This document shows positions 1 to 7,999 of a DNA stretch of 64,000 nucleotides, in pieces. This DNA comes from Dehalococcoidia bacterium (GTDB taxonomy: Bacteria; Chloroflexota; Dehalococcoidia; Lucifugimonadales; CBDBON01), in NCBI GenBank assembly GCA_965198105.1, contig OZ240240.1, positions 797,221-861,220 on the forward strand. The letters run 5' to 3'. A model generated the notes under the pieces. That model saw only the letters and a list, made by a program, of their open reading frames with translations. It had not been told where the DNA came from and ran no database searches. Every line of letters starts with the position of its first letter. Position 1 is the first letter of the stretch. The position numbers were made by a program, and so were the translations under genes.

Positions 1-170
1 CGCTGGACGCGCTCGACGACGCACGCCATCGTGAAGGTCTTGCCGCTGCCCGTGACGCCGAGCAGGGTCTGGTGTCTCAACCCGCGTTCGATCCCGTCGA
101 CCACACGACCGATGGCCTCCGGCTGGTCGCCGGTCGGAGCGAACTCGGAGGCTATTTCGAAGTCGGGCAT
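1..170 (-). CDS. uvrB: Excinuclease ABC subunit B, N-terminal fragment (gene runs off window start)
   Basis: My reverse-strand translation from ATG (168-170) reads [57 protein letters not shown]. The GDQP box and Walker A GVTGSGKT are typical of the UvrB N-terminus. Too short or open-ended for the ORF track. Confidence 0.85.
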   Translation of the reverse strand, partial: MPDFEIASEFAPTGDQPEAIGRVVDGIERGLRHQTLLGVTGSGKTFTMACVVERVQ

Positions 171-273
171 CTTGCTAAGGCTACCCTCCGTCGCCTGCCT
201 GAGAAGTCATTGTACACTCGGACGGCTGAGGTGTGCTGTCCGGCCGTGATCGTTCAGACTTGCGAGGGGGGAG

Positions 274-385
274 CCCCCATCTCAATCTTCCCCCGCGGAC
301 GGGGGAAGAGGATGATAAGAGGACGTTCCCCCGCGAACGGGGGAAGAGGATTAAGAGGACGTTCCCCCGCGGACGGGGGAAGAGG
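274..385 (+). repeat. Family-A palindromic intergenic element, expanded to 3 tandem hairpins
   Basis: CCCCCATCTCAATCTTCCCCC-GCGGAC-GGGGGAAGAGG, followed by two more TTCCCCC-GCGRAC-GGGGGAAGAGG hairpins at a 36-38 bp period. Intergenic, between the methyltransferase and uvrB. Confidence 0.85.
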
Positions 386-483
386 TGGAACATGGGACTC
401 ATAATGGCCACAGGTAGGAATCGTCCCCGTGGACAGAAGGAAGAGGCAAGAGAGGTCTTTGCTCTCCTTCAGCTGCCGGTATC

Positions 484-1290
484 TCACGAAGTGCGAGCAG
501 TTGCGGCCGGACGCGCTACCCAGACCATCTGTCTGCTGCCCTCGTCGAACGGGGCGCGGTCGAAGCCGCCGAAGAGGTCGACGACCTCGTACCCGCAGCG
601 GGCGAGCAGATGCTCCACCTCCCAGCGGTGGGCGTAGCGGATCCGGAAGTCCCTGTACAGCCGCCTCGATACGGCTCCGGCGTCGTCCAGGCTCTCCACG
701 ATCACGCGCACGTCGATGACCTGATTGTGGTGGTCGTATCTGCTCTGGTGCCATAACACCAGGCGCTCTCCCGTGTCGGGCCGGGTTACGTCCCTCAGAT
801 GGTACGGGACGTCTCCCTCCTGGACCAGCATGTCCGGGTCCGGGACGAAGATATCGAAGACGAGCCTGCCGTCCGGCGCCAGGTGATCGCGGACGCGGCT
901 CAGCGTCCTCACCTGATCGTCGACGGAGAGCAGCGACAGGAAGCCGTTGAAGGGGACGATCACGAGGCCGAAGGCCCTGTCGACCGCAAGCTCCCGCATG
1001 TCCCCCTGCACAAGCAGGAGCGGGCCGTCGTCCTCCGTCAACCCCGCCGCCTTCCGCCGGGCCGCATCCAGCATCTTCGGCGAGATGTCGAGGCCCACCA
1101 TCTCGATCCCCGCCCTGGCGATGGGGAGGGAGACCCGTCCGGTGCCGCACCCCAGCTCCAGGACCGGCCCGCCGGAGCGACGGGCCTCCTCCACGTAGAA
1201 CGGGATATCCCCGGTGACGTAGGCATAGACCGAGTCGTACACCTCCGCCCAAGCGTTTTTTTCCGGTTTAGGGGGGAGGCCGTCTTTCAT
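484..1290 (-). CDS. Class I SAM-dependent methyltransferase
   Basis: 268-aa ORF with motif I VLELGCGTGRVSLPIA and acidic loop GLDIS. The start region is tandemly duplicated upstream (see repeat 1253-1446). Confidence 0.8.
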   Translation of the reverse strand: MKDGLPPKPEKNAWAEVYDSVYAYVTGDIPFYVEEARRSGGPVLELGCGTGRVSLPIARAGIEMVGLDISPKMLDAARRKAAGLTEDDGPLLLVQGDMRELAVDRAFGLVIVPFNGFLSLLSVDDQVRTLSRVRDHLAPDGRLVFDIFVPDPDMLVQEGDVPYHLRDVTRPDTGERLVLWHQSRYDHHNQVIDVRVIVESLDDAGAVSRRLYRDFRIRYAHRWEVEHLLARCGYEVVDLFGGFDRAPFDEGSRQMVWVARPAATARTS

Positions 1291-1446
1291 CTGCTCACGT
1301 CCGCCTAGTCATGCGCTCGGCATCCCTTGCAGCGTTTTTCCGGTTTAGGGGGGAGGCAGCCTTTCATCTGCTCACGTCCGCCTAGTCATGCGCTCGGCAT
1401 CCTTTGCAGCGTTTTTCCGGTTTAGGGGGGAGGCGGCCTTTCATCC
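1253..1446. repeat. Tandem direct repeat, about 2.5 copies of a 77-79 bp unit covering the methyltransferase start region
   Basis: Copies at 1253-1331 and 1332-1408, with a partial copy at 1409-1446. They are near-identical apart from a T7 versus T5 run and a few substitutions. Confidence 0.9.
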
Positions 1447-1459
1447 ACTCTCCCTGCCT

Positions 1460-2050
1460 TCAGGCGCCCGACATCCTTTGAAGAGCTTCCCTCAATCTCT
1501 CCTCCAGGGAGAGCGAGTCACCCCGAGGGAGAGCCGCGACCGCCTCCCTCGCCTCGGCCGCCGAGTAGCCCAGCGCCGTGAGCGCCTCTATCACCTCGCC
1601 CTGGCCGGCCACCGCCTCGGCTGGGACGGCCCAGTCGCCCTCCAGCTTGCCCTTGAGCTCCAGGAGTATCCGGCTCGCCGTCTTCTTCCCTACGCCCGGA
1701 ACGCCCGTAAAGGCGTCGGCATCGCTGGCGCTGACGGCGGCGGCGAGCGTCGACGGAGTGAACCTGGAAAGAACGCTGAGCGCCACCCTGGGCCCGACGC
1801 CGCTGATTCCGATCAGCACCTCGAAGGCGAGACGCTCCTCCTCGGCCCAAAAGCCGTACAACGACAGGCTGTCGTCCCGCACCTGCAGGGATGTAAAAAG
1901 CCGCACCTCGCCGCTGAGCTGCACCATCCGCTCCGCCGTGGAACCGGGTACGCTCAGCCTGAGCGTAACGCCTCCCACGGAGACGTCGACCCAGTCGGGC
2001 CCGACCGATTCGAGGCCACCCCGGACGGAGGATATGAGGGACGAGACCAT
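1460..2050 (-). CDS. ruvA: Holliday junction branch migration complex subunit RuvA
   Basis: 196 aa. N-terminal OB-fold region (VDVSVGGVTLRLSVP), HhH region (LIGISGVGPRVALSVLS and FTGVPGVGKKTASRILLELK), and C-terminal domain III. Confidence 0.9.
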   Translation of the reverse strand: MVSSLISSVRGGLESVGPDWVDVSVGGVTLRLSVPGSTAERMVQLSGEVRLFTSLQVRDDSLSLYGFWAEEERLAFEVLIGISGVGPRVALSVLSRFTPSTLAAAVSASDADAFTGVPGVGKKTASRILLELKGKLEGDWAVPAEAVAGQGEVIEALTALGYSAAEAREAVAALPRGDSLSLEERLREALQRMSGA

Positions 2051-2124
2051 ATCAGCGACTCACCTCCGTCACTCTCGCGAAAGCGGGAGTCTATCCCATG
2101 CGTAGCTGTTCAGACTAAAGGGGA

Positions 2125-2170
2125 CCCCCATCTCAATCTTCCCCCACGGAGCCGGGGGAAGAGGTAAGAG
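2125..2170 (+). repeat. Family-A palindromic intergenic element
   Basis: CCCCCATCTCAATCTTCCCCC-ACGGAGCC-GGGGGAAGAGGTAAGAG, between ruvC and ruvA. A GTTCAGACT box lies at 2108-2116, as it does upstream of the 274 copy. Confidence 0.85.
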
Positions 2171-2184
2171 CCTCCTCTCCGCGG

Positions 2185-2682
2185 TCACTCCTCGATCACG
2201 GTGAGTGGAGAGCCGGCCGCGTTGGCATGGCATATCGCGACGGCCAGGGCGTCGGACGCGTCGGACGGCTCCTTCCAGTCGGCCGGAAGATCGAGAAGGA
2301 CTCGCACCATCTCCTCCACCTGCTCCTTCGCGCTCCCGCCGTGGTCGGTAACGGCGAGCTTGACCTCACGGGGCGAATATCCCTGGACCTCGATGTCGTG
2401 GCGGGCGGCCGCGACCATTGCGACGGCCTGCGCCTGCCCCACCGCCATCGCGGCTCGAACGTTGTTGGCGACGAAAGGCTCCTCGACCGCCACCACGCCG
2501 GGGCGCCACTTCGATATCACGCCGAGGAGCTTCTCATGCAGGTGGTGAAGCCGCCGGTAGAGCGGCTCTCCTCTCCGTGCCCGCAGCACGCCCGCGTGTA
2601 CGAGCTTCAACCGGCCATCCTCCGAGTCCAGGATGCCCACGCCCATCCTGAAGGTGCCTGGGTCTACTCCGAGCACGCGCAA
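2185..2682 (-). CDS. ruvC: Crossover junction endodeoxyribonuclease RuvC
   Basis: 165 aa. N-terminus is MRVLGVDPGTFRMGVGIL (catalytic Asp region). Size and position next to ruvA fit RuvC. Confidence 0.9.
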   Translation of the reverse strand: MRVLGVDPGTFRMGVGILDSEDGRLKLVHAGVLRARRGEPLYRRLHHLHEKLLGVISKWRPGVVAVEEPFVANNVRAAMAVGQAQAVAMVAAARHDIEVQGYSPREVKLAVTDHGGSAKEQVEEMVRVLLDLPADWKEPSDASDALAVAICHANAAGSPLTVIEE

Positions 2683-2701
2683 CGCAGAGCCTCCGAGGGA
2701 T

Positions 2702-2745
2702 CCCCCATCTCAATCTTCCCCCGCAGACGGGGGAAGAGGTAAGAG
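2702..2745 (+). repeat. Family-A palindromic intergenic element
   Basis: CCCCCATCTCAATCTTCCCCC-GCAGAC-GGGGGAAGAGGTAAGAG, between yebC and ruvC. Confidence 0.85.
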
Positions 2746-2823
2746 CCTCCACTCCACTCCGTCCATTTGCCCGCAGCCTCACGGAGACGGAACAGTTTGC
2801 GAGCCCCCGGCCGGTTCGACGAG

Positions 2824-3582
2824 TCAGGCGTCGGACTTGTAGCGTTCCAGCGCCTCCTCGGGGAAGTCGGCGTTGGAGAATACGCGCTGGACATCGTCCA
2901 ACTCCTCCAGCTCGTCCAGCAGACGCAGCGCCTGAAGCGCTATCTTAGCGTCCAGCATGATCGTCGTCCTGGGCAGCATGGCCGTCTCGGACGAGCTGAT
3001 TACCGCGTCCTGTCCGGTCAAGGCGGCGCGCAGGTCCTCCAACGCTCCCGGAGCCGAGTAGAGGTGGAGCGTGGAGTCGACCGTCTCGAAATCGTCCGCT
3101 CCGGCGTCTATGGCCGCCAGCGCCAGATCGTCGACCTGTTCCTCGTCCGACTGGACGACCACAACTCCCCTCTTCTCGAACTGCCACGCGACGGCGCCGC
3201 TCTCCGCGAGGTTGCCTCCCGCCTTGGTGAGAGTCGACCTGATGTCCGACACAGTGCGGTTGCGGTTGTCGGTCATCGTCTCGAGCATGATCGCGGTGCC
3301 GCCCGGTCCGTAACCCTCGTACACCGCCTCCAACATCTGCGCCCCGTCGGAGGCGTCGCCCGTCCCGCGCTTGATCGCCCGCTCGATGTTGCCGGCGGGC
3401 ATGTTGTTGTCCTTGGCCCGCTGTATGGCCATTCGGAGACGGAAGTTGGAGTCGCTGTCACCGCCGCCCTGCTTCGCCGCTACGATGATCTCCCTGGCCA
3501 GCTTGGTGAACAGCTTCCCGCGGCGGGCGTCGCTGACCGCCTTGCCGTGCTTTATGGTGGACCATTTGGAGTGGCCGGACAC
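2824..3582 (-). CDS. yebC: YebC/PmpR family DNA-binding transcriptional regulator
   Basis: 252 aa. N-terminus is SGHSKWSTIKHGKAVSDARRGKLFTKLAREI. GTG start with a GGAGGAG RBS 8 nt upstream. Confidence 0.9.
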   Translation of the reverse strand: MSGHSKWSTIKHGKAVSDARRGKLFTKLAREIIVAAKQGGGDSDSNFRLRMAIQRAKDNNMPAGNIERAIKRGTGDASDGAQMLEAVYEGYGPGGTAIMLETMTDNRNRTVSDIRSTLTKAGGNLAESGAVAWQFEKRGVVVVQSDEEQVDDLALAAIDAGADDFETVDSTLHLYSAPGALEDLRAALTGQDAVISSSETAMLPRTTIMLDAKIALQALRLLDELEELDDVQRVFSNADFPEEALERYKSDA

Positions 3583-3603
3583 AGTTAACTCCTCCGCGCG
3601 GCC

Positions 3604-3632
3604 ATTCTAGCACCGGCTCCGAAGAGGGTCAA
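3604..3632 (-). promoter_or_regulatory. Sigma70-type promoter for the yebC-ruvC-ruvA string
   Basis: Minus strand reads TTGACC-N17-TAGAAT with an extended -10 (TGcTAGAAT), about 20 nt upstream of the yebC start. Confidence 0.55.
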
Positions 3633-3669
3633 AATGGAGGGAGGGAGGCTGGTGGATAGTGGTTAGTGG

Positions 3670-4002
3670 TTAGAAGAGGCTGCGGACGGCAGCGCTGATC
3701 TCGGCGCGCTTGCCGGCGGAAAGTCGGCCGAGTCTGCGTTCGAATACACTGTCGTTCAAAGTGGTTAGGCGGTCCGGGCGCGCCCAACTCTGGAGCCTCA
3801 GGCGCCCTCTTTCCATGTCGCTGGGCCCGATGGCGATGTACAGGTCTCGTACTTGCGGGCTGCTGGTGATCTCGCAGAGCACCCAGTCCTGCATTCCCAC
3901 GTCCGCAAGGACCACGGCGGGCCGAATCTTGATATCGGACAGGTCGGTGAACGGGAACGGCGCCAGGACTACGTCTCCAGATCGTTCGGCTCGCTGAACC
4001 AG
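3670..4002 (-). CDS. PemK/MazF-family toxin-like protein (5' end unresolved)
   Basis: SGDVVLAPFPFTDLSDIKIRPAVVLAD plus the C-terminal RLGRLS pattern are typical of PemK/MazF. No ATG/GTG/TTG lies between the far-upstream ATG at 4122 and the conserved core. CTG at 4000-4002 is my tentative start. The gene overlaps the 3' end of the 3969-7232 gene. Confidence 0.6.
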   Translation of the reverse strand: MVQRAERSGDVVLAPFPFTDLSDIKIRPAVVLADVGMQDWVLCEITSSPQVRDLYIAIGPSDMERGRLRLQSWARPDRLTTLNDSVFERRLGRLSAGKRAEISAAVRSLF

Positions 4003-7000
4003 TGTGACAGCCCCATCATCCCCCACTCGTGCTTGTCGCGGTCGCCGAACACTACCAGCTTGCCGTTCTCCCAATAGGCCATGCCGTCCACTATCTCCAT
4101 CGTCTTGACGCTCACGGCGCATACCCGCCGCAGCAGGTCGATGACGTGCTCCTTGTGGTCGGCGAAGCGGTATGTGTTAAACCGCTCGCGGATGGTCGGA
4201 TCGCGCGGCTTCTTCTCCTTGTACTGGTCCAGAACCCACTCCAGGGCGGAGCGGTTGCCCAGGCGGTAGCGCCATGCGTCGGGCGGCACACCTGTCAGGC
4301 TCGTCTGGTCGTCCAGCATGATGACGCCGCGCTCCTTGTCGGCGCGGAGCCTGGGACGCGGGCTGCTCTCACCCACGCCCTCTCTCTTTACGTCAGGGGT
4401 TTCGGCCGTGATGTATCGGGCAGTGGCGGCTGTCTCCCTGATGGAGGCGGGCTGAGGCGTCTTCTCGACGCGCTCCAGCGGGTAGGGCTCGGCCGACTCG
4501 AAGCCGAGGTGGAGGTCGAGTAGCTCGCGGCCCATCCGCGCCCAGATGTCGAACTCGTGGTAGAGGGGCAGGCGCGGGAACTCGCGCAACAGATCGTCGG
4601 CGTAGTCGTATAGGTACACCGGGTCGTGGAGCACGGCGTAGGTGTAGGCGAAAATCTCCTCCGCGCCGATGCCGTCGGGGTAGGCCTTCACGAAGTCCTT
4701 GCCCCACTCCTCGCGGTAGTGGTCGTTGATGCGGCGGATGCCCCACTCGGTGATATTGGTGATGCGCTCGCCCTCAGGGGTGTAGCGGTATAGGGGGAGA
4801 CAGAAGGTAGCTGCATTGTTGGTATCACAATACTTCTTCTCAACTAATCTATTGGCAGCAAGAACAGAAAAGTTGTTGGATCCGGGGCCGTTGATGCAGA
4901 TAAGGCTATTGTCTTGGCGCAGATCTTGGCCGAACAAGGTGTAGTGATTCTTGGTTAGCCGATCATTCATGGCGGCATCGGCAAAGTGATGCTTCAGAGT
5001 GAATGGTCGGTACAACGATTGGATTCGATGCCAATCGTTGTAGATGATAGGCTTGCGGCGGCGGAATCTGTCCCTTAGTGTGCTGCTCCACTTGATGAGC
5101 GTGGGATACGATGCATCATTGCTTTCCACGAGTTCGTTGTAGGTGTCCACGAAGAACAGGGCCTTGCTTCTGAGTCCCTCAATGCTAAAGTCGTAAACCC
5201 ATTCATCACGGTTCGTGGACACCCCTAGTGCACATAGACCGAATGTCGCTTGTGGCTCAGTACCATGGGCCAATGGAAACTGTCGGTTAACAAGAGGTAG
5301 CAACGTGCCAAAGTCGGGATTTGCCTGGTTGAGCCAGTTGTCGTGAGCGTCAGGCTCAATCAAGTCCATGTCCATCTGCGGGATCTCTAAGCCACGCAGT
5401 TGGACTAGCTTATCTGCTCCTGATTGATCGTCTGCTATGGCATGGTAGTGAATCTGTCCCATGCCTCTGGATCCCGCACGTCTCACAAAGAATCCGATTG
5501 CGACCCCTATTCGGATTCCAAAGACATTCCCTGCTTGACCTGGGCTTTGGTAGTTGCCTCCAAGATCTACTATGTACAGATCGCTGAATTCCTGAGTGAC
5601 AACTTTGCGGAACCCATCATCTTGGAGAGAATCGATATATGCCCTGTTGGTGATAAAGGCCATAATGCCGTCGTCGGCCAGCCGGTCGGACGCCCAGCGA
5701 ATGAACCGCTTATACATGTCATACTGCTTGGTCTTCTGCGCAGTGCTTTCGGCTACGTAGGTATCCTTGATACGATGGTCGATCTCAGGGTACTTGCGGT
5801 TTGCGCTGCCGTCGCCCCAAATCGTCGCGCTCGCATTATACGGCGGGTTGCCTATGATGACGCTGATGGTCTTCTCGTTCTGGAGCTGGACGCGCATCCA
5901 GTTCTCTGTGGAGAGTCCTCCCAAGTTGAAGGTGGATTGCTGCGGTGTTACGCGCGCTTTTGACTGCTGCGCCGCATCGCCGCGCATCTGTTGCCAGCCC
6001 ATGTTGTCCAGCGTGTCGACGAACGCCAGATTGGGGAACTTCAAGTAGCGTCCCGTCTTCTCGCGGTAGGTGTACTCAATGTTCAGGTTGGCGATGTAGT
6101 AGGGCAGTATCGCCACCTCGTTGGCATGTATCTCGTTGACGTACTTGTACTCCAGCCGGTCGGCGGGCAGGTAGTCGATCAGGCTGGTGATGAAGGTCCC
6201 TGTGCCGGTTGCCGGGTCGAGTATCTGGACGTTGTCGTCGGCGAGCCGGCGGCCGAAGTGCTTCTGAAGCAGGTGGTCGGCGCCCCGGATTATGAAATCC
6301 ACTACCTCGTTGGGCGTATACACGACGCCCAGCCGGTCGGCGGCCGCGGGGTTGTAAGCCTTGTAGAAGTCTTCATATATGACCTTGAGGAACTGCTGCT
6401 TCTCGGCGTAGTCGACGATCTCATCGGCGGCGCGTCCGATTGCGCCGTAGTATGTCCGCAGACGGTCGATTGCCTGCCGCCGCGTGTCCCCCGTAAAGAA
6501 GGTGCGCTCCAGCGCGTCGAGGCGGCGCGCGATATTGTTCTCGCTGTGGAACTGGTCCTCTGCGAACACTCGCAGGAAGATGTCCTTGGTCAGGATGTGC
6601 TGTAGCAGCATCTCGCGCACGTCGGCGTCGGACACCTCGGGGCTGATGGACTGCCTGCACAGCTCCAGGAAGCCGGCGGCGGCGGCCCGGTAGTCCTGGT
6701 TCTCCGCCTCGGCCTCCTCGACGGCCCCGCGCAGGTTCTCGAGGACGGCGGGCAGATCGGCCTTGAACTGCGTCTGCGCCTCCCTGAACTCCTCGATCTG
6801 CGGAAGCTCGTAGTCGAGGAAGCGGCGGATGAGGCGGTGAAGGTCGCCGGGGCGGGACATGTCGGCCCGCATGGCCTCTTCGCGGTTCTGGATGAGGACG
6901 GCTGTCCGGGAGTCCTCGAAGATGATGTTGTCGCGGGGGTAGCCGCGGTTGAGTTTGCGAGTAATTTCGGCGTCGAGGTCGTCGCGGGAGTCCTTCGCCT

Positions 7001-7232
7001 CCCAGTAGCCCCGCGCCATGCGCAGCGTGTCCTTGACGGTGCCGTCGGGCACGACCCCGGAGAGGGCGCGGAGCTCGGGCACGAGCGCCAGCTTCTCCTT
7101 GTGGTCACCGCAGTAGGCGGCCAGGCAGTTCTGGAAGGCAGGCCTGATGTTCAGCTCGCTGTCGGAGCCGCCGTAGTCGATCAACTCCTGTTTTGCGGCG
7201 TGATAACGTTCTATGTGCGGGTACGTGGGCAT
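3969..7232 (-). CDS. Single-chain restriction-modification-like enzyme: N-terminal PD-ExK motif, gamma-class N6-adenine DNA methyltransferase, C-terminal specificity region (type IIG/IIL, MmeI-like architecture)
   Basis: 1087 aa. Putative nuclease motif is P62-D63...E78-A-K80 (VVPDGTVKDTLRMARGYWEAKD). SAM motif I is ILDPATGTGTF. Catalytic motif IV is IIGNPPYNASA. A long C-terminal region follows, and no helicase motifs were seen. Confidence 0.65.
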   Translation of the reverse strand: MPTYPHIERYHAAKQELIDYGGSDSELNIRPAFQNCLAAYCGDHKEKLALVPELRALSGVVPDGTVKDTLRMARGYWEAKDSRDDLDAEITRKLNRGYPRDNIIFEDSRTAVLIQNREEAMRADMSRPGDLHRLIRRFLDYELPQIEEFREAQTQFKADLPAVLENLRGAVEEAEAENQDYRAAAAGFLELCRQSISPEVSDADVREMLLQHILTKDIFLRVFAEDQFHSENNIARRLDALERTFFTGDTRRQAIDRLRTYYGAIGRAADEIVDYAEKQQFLKVIYEDFYKAYNPAAADRLGVVYTPNEVVDFIIRGADHLLQKHFGRRLADDNVQILDPATGTGTFITSLIDYLPADRLEYKYVNEIHANEVAILPYYIANLNIEYTYREKTGRYLKFPNLAFVDTLDNMGWQQMRGDAAQQSKARVTPQQSTFNLGGLSTENWMRVQLQNEKTISVIIGNPPYNASATIWGDGSANRKYPEIDHRIKDTYVAESTAQKTKQYDMYKRFIRWASDRLADDGIMAFITNRAYIDSLQDDGFRKVVTQEFSDLYIVDLGGNYQSPGQAGNVFGIRIGVAIGFFVRRAGSRGMGQIHYHAIADDQSGADKLVQLRGLEIPQMDMDLIEPDAHDNWLNQANPDFGTLLPLVNRQFPLAHGTEPQATFGLCALGVSTNRDEWVYDFSIEGLRSKALFFVDTYNELVESNDASYPTLIKWSSTLRDRFRRRKPIIYNDWHRIQSLYRPFTLKHHFADAAMNDRLTKNHYTLFGQDLRQDNSLICINGPGSNNFSVLAANRLVEKKYCDTNNAATFCLPLYRYTPEGERITNITEWGIRRINDHYREEWGKDFVKAYPDGIGAEEIFAYTYAVLHDPVYLYDYADDLLREFPRLPLYHEFDIWARMGRELLDLHLGFESAEPYPLERVEKTPQPASIRETAATARYITAETPDVKREGVGESSPRPRLRADKERGVIMLDDQTSLTGVPPDAWRYRLGNRSALEWVLDQYKEKKPRDPTIRERFNTYRFADHKEHVIDLLRRVCAVSVKTMEIVDGMAYWENGKLVVFGDRDKHEWGMMGLSHWFSEPNDLET

Positions 7233-7295
7233 GGCAACAATGGCCTGGGGCGGGTTGGTGTGGGTTCAGGCGAAGCGTGGCGCCTTAGACACCCG

Positions 7296-7772
7296 TCAGG
7301 GCAGGCCGCCGAATTTGCCTTCGAAGAAGACGAGAGGGCGCCCGGAGCCGATCCGTATCTCGTCGACCTCGCCGATGAAGATGGTGTGGTCCCCCGCTTC
7401 ATGCTGATCGACCACCCGGCAGTCCATTGCGGCAAGGCCGCCGTCCAGCAGGGCCGCGCCTCTCTCCGTGAAGCTGAAGGAGGCCTGGACGTCCCCGGTC
7501 CTCCTCTCGGGAGGCCGCGCGTAGTACTCCCCGATGTCCTGCTGGTCCTCGTTCAGGACGCTCAGCGCGAAGCGTCCGGAGTGCCTGATCAGCGTATGGG
7601 AGTTGGCGGCGTGGCCGACGCACGCCAGGACCAGCAGCGGGTCGAGGGAGACGGAGTTGATGCCGTTCGCCGTCATCCCGTGCACCTCGCCGTCAGGCTG
7701 AATGGTGGTCATCAGCGACACGCCCGTGGGAAACTTGCCCCATGCTTGGCGGAAGGTTGCGGCGTCTACCAT
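7296..7772 (-). CDS. Flavin reductase family protein (FMN-binding split barrel)
   Basis: 158 aa. FRQAWGKFPTGVSLMTT and GMTANGINSVSLDPLLVLACV are typical of flavin reductase-like domains. Confidence 0.8.
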   Translation of the reverse strand: MVDAATFRQAWGKFPTGVSLMTTIQPDGEVHGMTANGINSVSLDPLLVLACVGHAANSHTLIRHSGRFALSVLNEDQQDIGEYYARPPERRTGDVQASFSFTERGAALLDGGLAAMDCRVVDQHEAGDHTIFIGEVDEIRIGSGRPLVFFEGKFGGLP

Positions 7773-7845
7773 TGAGTCACCTCGACTCTGGACGAAGGCG
7801 CCGGAAGCAGCCTGGATGCTCGCGGAGTCCTCCCCCCTCCCGCTG

Positions 7846-7874
7846 ATTATAGGTCGTTCCCCGGAGGATTGAAA
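7846..7874 (-). promoter_or_regulatory. Sigma70-type promoter upstream of the flavin reductase gene
   Basis: Minus strand reads TTTCAA-N17-TATAAT. Confidence 0.45.
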
Positions 7875-7912
7875 AGCCTCCCACCCGACTCCGTGACGGG
7901 AATGGCGCGCAA

Positions 7913-7941
7913 TTGACAGGCTCTCCGCTCCTCCTTAGAAT
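7913..7941 (+). promoter_or_regulatory. Sigma70-type promoter upstream of the AsnC-type small protein
   Basis: TTGACA (7913-7918), N17 spacer, TAGAAT (7936-7941). Confidence 0.55.
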
Positions 7942-7999
7942 CCCAAGTAATTGGAGCCCAGCCGGATATCTCGCCGGGCATCCCCTTCGGAGGTTGAAA

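Noticed and set aside
171-273. LexA/SOS box upstream of uvrB
   Set aside because: A TACAAT -10-like hexamer is present. However, no GAAC-N4-GTTC or CTGT-N8-ACAG palindrome was found in the spacer.
274-385. Possible mini-CRISPR array (three regularly spaced repeats)
   Set aside because: The repeats are self-complementary hairpins with only about 12-14 nt between them. The same unit occurs singly at five other intergenic sites, and no cas genes are present. This fits a REP/BIME-type tandem better than CRISPR.
4003-4122. ATG at 4122 as the start of the MazF-like gene
   Set aside because: Not excluded, but it adds about 40 non-conserved Arg/Gly-rich residues and overlaps the RM gene by about 150 nt. 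It is kept as an alternative in the finding rather than as the call.
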